The position numbers and the translations under genes were made by a program. Positions 1-7,098 of a stretch of DNA of 10,615 nt are shown piece after piece; position 1 is the stretch's first letter, and every line of letters starts with the position of its first letter. Source of the DNA: Fibrobacterota bacterium (GTDB taxonomy: Bacteria > Fibrobacterota > Fibrobacteria > UBA11236). The stretch covers positions 1 to 10,615 of the forward strand of contig JAYUVP010000225.1 of the NCBI GenBank assembly GCA_043753995.1, read 5' to 3'. The notes under the pieces were generated by a model. The model made no database searches, was not told the origin of the DNA, and worked only from the letters and a program-made list of their open reading frames with translations.

Positions 1-17
1 AAAAAGGTTCACGACAA

Positions 18-70
18 CTTACAGGAAAATACCGTCTGCAATAGCTTACGGGAAAACACCATTTGCAATA
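18..70. repeat. Imperfect tandem direct repeat, 2 x 26 bp, 27-bp period, upstream of the ABC operon
   Basis: 18-43 CTTACAGGAAAATACCGTCTGCAATA vs 45-70 CTTACGGGAAAACACCATTTGCAATA: 22/26 identical, and all four differences are transitions. Confidence 0.85.
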
Positions 71-191
71 ATGAACATAGGCTCGCCGCTCATGTTTTAA
101 CCCGTAGTTACTAACTTATGCGCTTCGAAAACGGCAAAAATCTGGCTTTGTTTCCATGGGTAAATAAAGTTTCCAGAAGAGAGAGGTTTTG

Positions 192-2000
192 ATGATGGGC
201 ATGAACAGACTCGGCATCCCCCTGGCGATTATGGGGCTACTCCTTATCACAGGTTGCAACAAAGAAAATAAACCGGCCGGCCAGGAGGAAACCAAGGCGG
301 GCGGATTCCCCCGCAGCAAGACTCTTTACCTGGGCGGCTCCCAATGGGGTGACCCTAACTCCTTCAATCCCCTGACGGATTGGCCCGCCTGGCCCGTGAA
401 CGACAAGTTCAATATCATGTTCGAAACCCTGCTCGCCTACAATACCCTGACCGGCCAATTCGAACCCCTATTGGGCACGCTCGAATCGCAATCGGCTGAC
501 AGTGTCGTGGTGACATTGAATCCGGCCGCCAAATGGAGCGATGGCCAGCCGGTGACGTCCGCCGACGTCAAGTTCGTCTATGAATTGGGCAAACGCTTTA
601 AGGGCGCTGCCACGGCTTATGCCATTGACTTCGTTTCCGATATCAAGGTAAGCGTCACCGAGTCGAAGGCCGAACGTCTGACCTTTATGATCAATAAGCA
701 GGGTCGCAACAATCCCCTGGTCGTACTCGATTTCCTGCAGGGCATTCGCATCTTGCCCGCCCACATCTTCGAGCCAAAGTTGGCTGAACTCAAGGATCTC
801 GCCGAAGTCCAGAAGCTGAAATGCGATTCCAGCCCCGTGGTCTCCGGACCTTATAATTTGGAAACCTATTCCAACGAAAAGATTATCCTGAAGCGCCGGG
901 ACGATTATTGGGGAAATGCCGCCTTGCATGCCGGCAACCTTCCCGCACCCCAGTTCATCATCCATCCCATCTATAAGAGCAATGACGCCTTCGCCATCGC
1001 CCTCGCCCAGAATGAATTGGACGCTACCCAGACCTATATCCCACGCATCTGGATGAAGAAAAACGCTGGCGTCATGACCTGGTATGACAAGGAGCCCTAT
1101 TTCGTGCCCGGCGCCGTCCCCACCTTGCTCATCAACTCCACGCGCTATCCGCTTTCGGACAAGGCCTTCCGGCGCGCCATGGCTTTCGCTATCGATTACA
1201 AGAGCATCAAGGATTTGGCTGTCTCTGGTTATAGCCCCGACATCAAGCCCGGCGCCATTATGCCCATGGGCATCGAAGGCGGCTACTACAATGAAGAAGA
1301 CGCCCAGAAATACGGCGCAGCCTTCAACCTGGACATGGCTAAGAAGATTCTGGCCGAGGCCGGATACAAGTCCATTTTCAAAGCCGACGGCACCTTGGAC
1401 AAGATGATCGACGCCAAGGGCCAGCCAGTGCCAACCTTGTTCGTGAAGAGCCCGGCCGGCTGGTCGGATTGGGAAGCCATCGTCACCTTGGCAGTCAAGG
1501 GCATGCGCGCGGCTGGTATTGACGTGCGTGAAGGCTTCGTGGACGCAGGCCTATACTGGCAGAGCCAGCCCGTGGGCGATTTCGATTTGGAAATGATTAA
1601 GCCTGCCGCCAGCGTCACGCCGTCGCAACCCTGGTCCCGTCTCGCAGCCCTGATGTCGTCGCGCACCTGGGCGCCCCCCGGCGAAAAGATGAACGAGAAT
1701 CAGGGACGTTTCAACAACCCCAAGGGCAAGGACTATATCAAGGCCGTCGACAGCCTGCTGTCCGTGATCCCGACCTTGACCGACAAAGCCGCGCTCACCC
1801 AGGCCTATCGGCAATTGAATGTCATTTTCATGCAAGAACAACCGGCCTTACCCCTTTGCTATTTGCCGGAGCAGTTCTACCAAGTCAACACCAAGACTTG
1901 GACCAATTGGGCTTCAGAAGCCAATCCCTATGCTCCGCCGAATCTGCCCTGGGCAGGCGCTTCGACCAAGATGCTGTGGGAATTGAAGTCGGCTAAGTAA
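192..2000 (+). CDS. ABC transporter substrate-binding lipoprotein, family 5 (OppA/DppA fold), probably oligosaccharide-binding (TmCBP-like)
   Basis: ~600-aa ORF. SD-like AGAGAGG ends at 186, favouring ATG 192 or 195 over TTG 189 (ATG 201 also possible). Signal peptide with lipobox LITG-C. Family-5 motifs AKWSDGQPVTSADVKF, VVSGPYNL, PLSDKAFRRAMAFAID, AKKILAEAGY. Trp motifs GGSQWG, TWYDKEPYF and PAGWSDW match my recollection of the Thermotoga maritima cellobiose-binding protein. Confidence 0.93.
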   Translation: MMGMNRLGIPLAIMGLLLITGCNKENKPAGQEETKAGGFPRSKTLYLGGSQWGDPNSFNPLTDWPAWPVNDKFNIMFETLLAYNTLTGQFEPLLGTLESQSADSVVVTLNPAAKWSDGQPVTSADVKFVYELGKRFKGAATAYAIDFVSDIKVSVTESKAERLTFMINKQGRNNPLVVLDFLQGIRILPAHIFEPKLAELKDLAEVQKLKCDSSPVVSGPYNLETYSNEKIILKRRDDYWGNAALHAGNLPAPQFIIHPIYKSNDAFAIALAQNELDATQTYIPRIWMKKNAGVMTWYDKEPYFVPGAVPTLLINSTRYPLSDKAFRRAMAFAIDYKSIKDLAVSGYSPDIKPGAIMPMGIEGGYYNEEDAQKYGAAFNLDMAKKILAEAGYKSIFKADGTLDKMIDAKGQPVPTLFVKSPAGWSDWEAIVTLAVKGMRAAGIDVREGFVDAGLYWQSQPVGDFDLEMIKPAASVTPSQPWSRLAALMSSRTWAPPGEKMNENQGRFNNPKGKDYIKAVDSLLSVIPTLTDKAALTQAYRQLNVIFMQEQPALPLCYLPEQFYQVNTKTWTNWASEANPYAPPNLPWAGASTKMLWELKSAK

Positions 2001-2010
2001 GGATTTTGAC

Positions 2011-3081
2011 ATGTTGAAACAGTATCCCACCGCACGTTACATACTCCACCGAGGAGGCTGGTATTTCCTGACCTTCCTGGTGGCCGTGACGATCAACTTC
2101 TTCCTCCCGCGCCTCGGGGCCAGCAATCCCGTGGACATCATTATGGGGAAGGCTGGATCCGGTTTGGATACTGAAGCAGCACGTGAAAAAGAAGAGTCCT
2201 ACCTGAAGGAATTTGGCCTGGTACAGGTGGATGACGGCGGCGCTATAATTCGCGGCGAAGACGGGAAACCGCTCAAGTCGTCGAATGTTTCGCAGTTCTT
2301 CAATTATGTGAAGATGTGCTTCCAGGGGGATTTCGGAACATCCTTCCAGAAATACCCCAAAAAGGTGACGACTATCATCGCCGAGGCCGTGCCCTGGACC
2401 TTGGCCTTGCAGCTCCCCACCATTTTATTCGGTTGGATAGTGGGCAATATCCTTGGCGCACTCGCGGCCTATCGGCGCGGTATATTCGACAGGGTCTTTT
2501 TTCCTCTGGCCCTGCTCTTAAGCGCAGTGCCTTTCTTCGCTTTCGGCATGCTCCTCGTTTACATGTTCGCCATCCTGAACAACTGGTTTCCCGCCATGGG
2601 CGGTTATGCCGGCGATCTGGTTCCCGGCTTTACCTGGGAATTCTTCCAATCAGCGGGCTATCACTATATCCTGCCCTTCTTTTCCATCTTCCTGATCCTA
2701 GCGGGTGGCCAAGCCATCGGGATGCGGTCTATGGGCATTTATGAACTCGGCACCGATTATATCAAGTACGCCAAATGGCTCGGCATCAAGGAAAACAAAA
2801 TCCTGTTATACCTGTTCCGCAATGCCATGTTGCCTCAGCTCACGGGCCTCGCCCTTTCCCTGGGGGGCATGATTGGCGGAGCGCTCATCACGGAAATGAT
2901 TTTTTCCTATCCGGGCTTAGGCATGGCCATTCTCAGCGCCATTCAGGGGCAAGACTATCCCATGATTCAGGGCTGTACCTTGCTAATCACTATTAGCGTG
3001 CTAATCGCCAATTTCACCGTCGACATCCTCATCGGCTTCCTGGACCCACGCGTCAAAGCCGGACAGATGGGGGGCAATTGA
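2011..3081 (+). CDS. ABC transporter permease, OppB/DppB family
   Basis: SD TAAGGA before ATG. N-terminal FLVAVTINFFLPRL..NPVD, QGDFGTSF...KVTTIIAEAVPWTLAL, EAA-loop region DYIKYAKWLGI, FRNAMLP, GALITEMIFSYPGLG, QDYPMIQG, C-terminal LDPRV. Multiple hydrophobic helices. Confidence 0.95.
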   Translation: MLKQYPTARYILHRGGWYFLTFLVAVTINFFLPRLGASNPVDIIMGKAGSGLDTEAAREKEESYLKEFGLVQVDDGGAIIRGEDGKPLKSSNVSQFFNYVKMCFQGDFGTSFQKYPKKVTTIIAEAVPWTLALQLPTILFGWIVGNILGALAAYRRGIFDRVFFPLALLLSAVPFFAFGMLLVYMFAILNNWFPAMGGYAGDLVPGFTWEFFQSAGYHYILPFFSIFLILAGGQAIGMRSMGIYELGTDYIKYAKWLGIKENKILLYLFRNAMLPQLTGLALSLGGMIGGALITEMIFSYPGLGMAILSAIQGQDYPMIQGCTLLITISVLIANFTVDILIGFLDPRVKAGQMGGN

Positions 3082-3918
3082 ATGATTAAGCTGCTCAAGA
3101 ACCTGCTGAAGTCACCGTCCTTCATCATAGGCATGGGACTCTTTCTGCTGACCATCGGCGGCGCATTGCTGCTGCCGTTCTTCTACAAGGTGAACCTAGG
3201 TTTGCAATCGGCTTCCTATGCCAGCCCGAGCGGCAAGTTCTTGCTGGGATGCGACCATCTCGGACGTGATATGATCTCCATGCTCATCGAAGGTCTGCGA
3301 TCTTCACTCTATGTGGGCCTGCTGACGGGCGTCATCGCCACCACCTTGGGTACCGCCCTGGGCATTTACGGGGGCTTCAAGGGCGGCTGGATGGATGACG
3401 TCGTCAACCTCGTCACCAACCTCTTCCTGGTGATTCCTTCCTTCGTGGTCCTGATTCTGATCAGCTCCAGCCTTTCCAAGGGACGCTCGCTCACCTTGAT
3501 TGGTCTCATCATCGGCCTGACCACCTGGACTTGGAGCGCCCGCGCCGTGCGCGCTCAGGCAGCCTCCCTGAAATCGCGCGACCATATTTCTCTGGCCCGC
3601 ATCAATGGCGCTGGCACACTCCGCATCCTTGCCGTGCATATCCTTCCCTATTTAGCGTCCTATGTTTTCATGATTTTCATTTTGCAAGTTGCCTCGGGAA
3701 TTCTATCGGAAGCCGCCATCAGTATGATTGGCCTGGGTCCCTTGGATACCGTCTCGCTAGGCACCATTCTCAACGATGCCAAGAACCAAGGCGGTTTCGG
3801 AGACGGCATGTGGTGGGCCTTCATGCCCGCGACCGTCATCATCACCGTTTTGGTGTTCGCGCTGTACATCATCAACACGTCGATGGAAGGGGTGTTCAAC
3901 CCCCGGCTGCGTAAGTAG
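3082..3918 (+). CDS. ABC transporter permease, OppC/DppC family
   Basis: Starts immediately after the preceding TGA. Motifs PSGKFLLGCDHLGRDM, GLRSSLYVG, ARAVRAQ..SLKSRDHISLARINGA, HILP, SEAAISMIGLG, C-terminal FNPRLR. Confidence 0.95.
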   Translation: MIKLLKNLLKSPSFIIGMGLFLLTIGGALLLPFFYKVNLGLQSASYASPSGKFLLGCDHLGRDMISMLIEGLRSSLYVGLLTGVIATTLGTALGIYGGFKGGWMDDVVNLVTNLFLVIPSFVVLILISSSLSKGRSLTLIGLIIGLTTWTWSARAVRAQAASLKSRDHISLARINGAGTLRILAVHILPYLASYVFMIFILQVASGILSEAAISMIGLGPLDTVSLGTILNDAKNQGGFGDGMWWAFMPATVIITVLVFALYIINTSMEGVFNPRLRK

Positions 3919-3926
3919 GAGATATC

Positions 3927-4901
3927 ATGCCGACCTTCGAAGTTGACCATCTCAGCCTGCATTACCTGACCCGTTTCGGGGAAAAAATCCAAGCCGTTTC
4001 GGATGTTTCCTTCACCATGGAACAAGGCGAAATCCTGGGTATCGCTGGCGAGTCCGGCTGCGGTAAATCCACCCTCGTCAATGGCCTGATGGGTCTTTTC
4101 ATCCCGCCGCTCTACCCCACCTCCGGCGATGTACGCGTGGGTGGCGAGTCGCTCATGAATCGCACGCCCGTGGACATACGCAAAAACGTGCTGAGCCAAA
4201 AGGTCTCCATGATCCCGCAGGGGGCCTTCAATGCCCTCAACCCCACGCGCAAAATCAAGGACATCGCCGCCGACGTGATTGCCAGCCATAGCAGCGGCCG
4301 CACCGACAAAAAGGATATTCAAGCCCGCCTGCGCGAACGCTTCGACTTGTTCGGCATGGATACGGAACGTGTTCTCAACGCCTTCCCCATCCAACTCACG
4401 GCTGGCGAACGCCAGCGCTCGGTGATTGGCATTTCCACCCTATTGAATCCCCAAATGGTCATTGCCGATGAGCCCACTTCGGCGCTCGACGTGACCACCC
4501 AAAAAGTCGTGATCCGCATGATCTTCGACTTATTGGAAAAGGGCATTTTCAATACCATGATTTTCATCACCCATGAGCTGCCCCTGCTCCGTCACGTGGC
4601 GAATAATATCGCCATCATGTATGCGGGTGAGTTCGTGGAAAAAGGGACCAACGAGCAAATCGTATTCGATCCTCGCCATCCCTATACCAAGGCTCTCATG
4701 GGCTCCATGCTCAGCGCCGAGCCCGGCCAAAAGAGCCGCAAGCCCGTCTCCATCGAGGGCGCCCCCCCTAGCCTCGCCAAGGTTCCCGAGGGCTGCCGCT
4801 TCGCGGCCCGTTGCCCCGTGGCTCGGCCCGATTGCAAAACCCAAAAGCAAGAATTGCGCATGGTGGCTGGCCGTCTCGTAAGGTGCAACTATGCCGAATA
4901 A
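3927..4901 (+). CDS. ABC transporter ATP-binding protein, OppD/DppD family, with C-terminal 4-Cys domain
   Basis: SD AGGAG. Walker A GESGCGKS, Q-loop IPQGAFNALNP, variant signature LTAGERQR, Walker B/D-loop VIADEPTSALD, H-loop FITHEL. C-terminal HPYTKAL...GCRFAARCP..C..C typical of oligopeptide/dipeptide ABC ATPases. Confidence 0.95.
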   Translation: MPTFEVDHLSLHYLTRFGEKIQAVSDVSFTMEQGEILGIAGESGCGKSTLVNGLMGLFIPPLYPTSGDVRVGGESLMNRTPVDIRKNVLSQKVSMIPQGAFNALNPTRKIKDIAADVIASHSSGRTDKKDIQARLRERFDLFGMDTERVLNAFPIQLTAGERQRSVIGISTLLNPQMVIADEPTSALDVTTQKVVIRMIFDLLEKGIFNTMIFITHELPLLRHVANNIAIMYAGEFVEKGTNEQIVFDPRHPYTKALMGSMLSAEPGQKSRKPVSIEGAPPSLAKVPEGCRFAARCPVARPDCKTQKQELRMVAGRLVRCNYAE

Positions 4902-5682
4902 TTCTTCCGCCCCCGTATTTTACGCCAAGAACGTGACCAAGACTTTTGGCCATGGCAAGACCCTGGTTAAAGCCGTCGATGACGTTTCCTTTTCGATCGC
5001 GGACGGGGAAATCGTTTCCATCGTAGGCGGCTCGGGTTGCGGTAAAAGCGTCCTGGCCAAGGTCATGCTCGGCCTCTACAAGCAGAATCAAGGCGAATTC
5101 ACCTATCGCGGTAAAGCCATCACGGATACCCGCAGCCATTGGAATGAAGTCCAATCGGTATTCCAGGATCCATTCAGCTGCTTCAACCAATTTTTCAGCA
5201 TACGCTCCCAGCTCAAGGACGCGCTGAATATCCTGAAGGTCAAACCCACCAAGGCCGAAGGCGACGCGCGCGTGGACGCAGGCCTGATGGCTGTCAACAT
5301 CACTCCCAAGGACATCGAAGGCAAATACCCCTTCGAACTTTCCGGCGGGCAAATGCAGCGCATGCTGCTGGCGCGCATTTTCGCCCTGCGCCCCAAGGTC
5401 CTGATCGCGGACGAACCCACTTCCATGGTGGATGCCTGCGTGCGTGCCAATATCCTGGACTACCTGATGAAGTTGAAGGTGGAATTGGGCATGACCATCA
5501 TCTTCGTGACGCATGATATCGGCCTGGCCTACTATGTGAGCGATCGCCTATTCATTATGCACGAGGGGAAAATCGTGGAATCAGGGACGCCGGATGAGGT
5601 GACGCAAAATCCGAAGAGCCCGCATACCATGCAGCTGCTCGAAGATATTCCTGAAATCCATAAGGAATGGCTTAAGCGCTAA
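4891..5682 (+). CDS. ABC transporter ATP-binding protein, OppF/DppF family (short form)
   Basis: Overlaps the previous gene by 11 bp, SD-like AAGGTG. Walker A GGSGCGKS, Q-loop VFQDPFS, signature LSGGQMQR, Walker B LIADEPTSMVD, H-loop FVTHDI. No C-terminal Cys domain. Confidence 0.95.
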   Translation: MPNNSSAPVFYAKNVTKTFGHGKTLVKAVDDVSFSIADGEIVSIVGGSGCGKSVLAKVMLGLYKQNQGEFTYRGKAITDTRSHWNEVQSVFQDPFSCFNQFFSIRSQLKDALNILKVKPTKAEGDARVDAGLMAVNITPKDIEGKYPFELSGGQMQRMLLARIFALRPKVLIADEPTSMVDACVRANILDYLMKLKVELGMTIIFVTHDIGLAYYVSDRLFIMHEGKIVESGTPDEVTQNPKSPHTMQLLEDIPEIHKEWLKR

Positions 5683-5696
5683 ACGGGACTCATCCC

Positions 5697-5726
5697 TTGA
5701 CTAGGTTAGCGCATTGCACCGATAAT
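5697..5726 (+). promoter_or_regulatory. Putative sigma70-type promoter for the membrane-protein gene
   Basis: -35 TTGACT (5697-5702), 18-bp spacer, -10 GATAAT (5721-5726), each 5/6 to consensus. ATG 5734 follows after a 7-nt gap and no SD is present. Confidence 0.55.
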
Positions 5727-5733
5727 CCTATCG

Positions 5734-7098
5734 ATGCTCTATGTTTTTCTTTTCCAAGTTGCACCACCCCTCTTTGCCTTATGGCTTTTTCTCCGCTGGG
5801 ATTCTTCACAAGGGTTTCGCCGCTTTAGCCTTCCCATCCTTTTTTGCGGGGGATCGCTTTTACAAGCCTGGCTATGGTGGGAATGCATCCCTTCCTTAGA
5901 TAATCCAGACAGTCACAGTTTTTACAACTTGGCTCATGGATTAGAGACCGACCTAAGATCGATATTGTATCGACCTAAACTATATCCGCTATTTTTGGGA
6001 CTATTTCCCGGGTTAAAGGCCGTGTTATTCGCCCAATGCGTGCTGAAATTGGGCATGGGATATTTTCTCATCCGCATGGGATGGCTTTTGCAATTGCGAT
6101 CCGGTGTCCTTGCCTGGATGCTTTTTCTCTTCCTTTTCAATTCACTATGGCTTTACGAACCTCTTCGCATCATGGACACGACTTTATTCGCTTTTTTATT
6201 GACCGCGTTTTTAATGCTGGGCTTGATGACTCTTACAAATTTTTCGACGGCTAATTTCCCCGCAATGTGTGTTATGGGATGGTGCCTTTCTCTCACACGG
6301 CAGGTTGCCGATATTGGACTTCTCCTGGCTTTCGGATTTCTCCTATTTCATTACCGCAATCGACCGCATTCTCGATGGGTCTTCCCGGTTGGACTTGTGC
6401 TTGGTCTGGCGGTGGCGGGAAGTGGGGCCCTAAACAATGGATTGCGATATGGAGTATGGCAGCGATCGGTGGCCTTGGGCGTGAACCTGTATACCCATTT
6501 ATCCTTTTACGAACTTTCTGATTTGCATTCGCCAGAATGGGATTTCGTTTCCGCGTACTTGCCAGAAGAAAAAAATCAAGCCGGAACGTGGATCACAGAT
6601 TTTCACCAAGACCTTCCTTGGCCAATCATTGCCTTGCCCCATCGGTTGGAAAGAGCCATGGGATCGAAAGGATCAACGGACATTTTATTGCATGACCGCA
6701 AACTGACGGGTCGATTTTTCCAGTGGATGAATGAAAATCCCAGGACCTACCTTGCTTCGGTTGGAAATGAATTCGCTCGTTTGGGTTTAAAAGCGGAGGA
6801 AATGTATCCGCGTTCTTTGATAAGTGGTTTTATTTCTGTGCCAATTGGGCTTGTGAGATTTGAGCGAGGCATTATCCATCAGGCTCCCTACTTACTCATT
6901 GTTTTCGGCTTGCTAGGATTCATTCGAAAGCGACCGGAACCGGAAATGATTTTCCTCGCTTTGGCGGCATTCGGTTATTTGTTTTTGATTCCGTTTATTC
7001 ATCTGGGATTTACGCGTTACGCCTTACCGGCCCTCCCTGCTCTTTTGCTATGGGCTGGATTTGGTTTGCAACATTTTCAGTCGAACAAATCCTGCTGA
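5734..7098 (+). CDS. Polytopic membrane protein, probable GT-C-fold glycosyltransferase (ArnT/PMT-like)
   Basis: 454 aa with roughly 10-12 hydrophobic segments and one large soluble loop. First-loop motifs PDSHSFYNLA and YRPKLYPLFL, then IMDTTLFAFL and late RYALPALP, resemble ArnT/PMT_2-like proteins. The ORF is secure, the family call is moderate. Confidence 0.65.
   Translation: MLYVFLFQVAPPLFALWLFLRWDSSQGFRRFSLPILFCGGSLLQAWLWWECIPSLDNPDSHSFYNLAHGLETDLRSILYRPKLYPLFLGLFPGLKAVLFAQCVLKLGMGYFLIRMGWLLQLRSGVLAWMLFLFLFNSLWLYEPLRIMDTTLFAFLLTAFLMLGLMTLTNFSTANFPAMCVMGWCLSLTRQVADIGLLLAFGFLLFHYRNRPHSRWVFPVGLVLGLAVAGSGALNNGLRYGVWQRSVALGVNLYTHLSFYELSDLHSPEWDFVSAYLPEEKNQAGTWITDFHQDLPWPIIALPHRLERAMGSKGSTDILLHDRKLTGRFFQWMNENPRTYLASVGNEFARLGLKAEEMYPRSLISGFISVPIGLVRFERGIIHQAPYLLIVFGLLGFIRKRPEPEMIFLALAAFGYLFLIPFIHLGFTRYALPALPALLLWAGFGLQHFQSNKSC

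Noticed and set aside
18..70. Tandem 26-bp repeat as a CRISPR array
   Set aside because: Only two copies, separated by 1 nt, with no spacer and no cas genes in the window.
1..114. Open + frame 1 as the 3' end of an upstream gene
   Set aside because: Only 37 codons, AT-rich, no recognisable motif. It cannot be supported without upstream sequence and is kept only as an alternative reading of the repeat.
3660..5514. Long antisense ORFs 3660-4394 (244 aa) and 4768-5514 (248 aa)
   Set aside because: They lie opposite well-supported ABC genes, have no motifs, and are the shadow ORFs expected from GC-rich codon usage.
192..5682. Assigning oppABCDF/dppABCDF gene symbols
   Set aside because: Family membership is clear, but the substrate is probably carbohydrate, so peptide-transporter symbols would mislead.
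5685..5696. Hairpin GGGA-CTCA-TCCC after the ABC operon as an intrinsic terminator
   Set aside because: Stem is only 4 bp and is followed by just two T, too weak to call.
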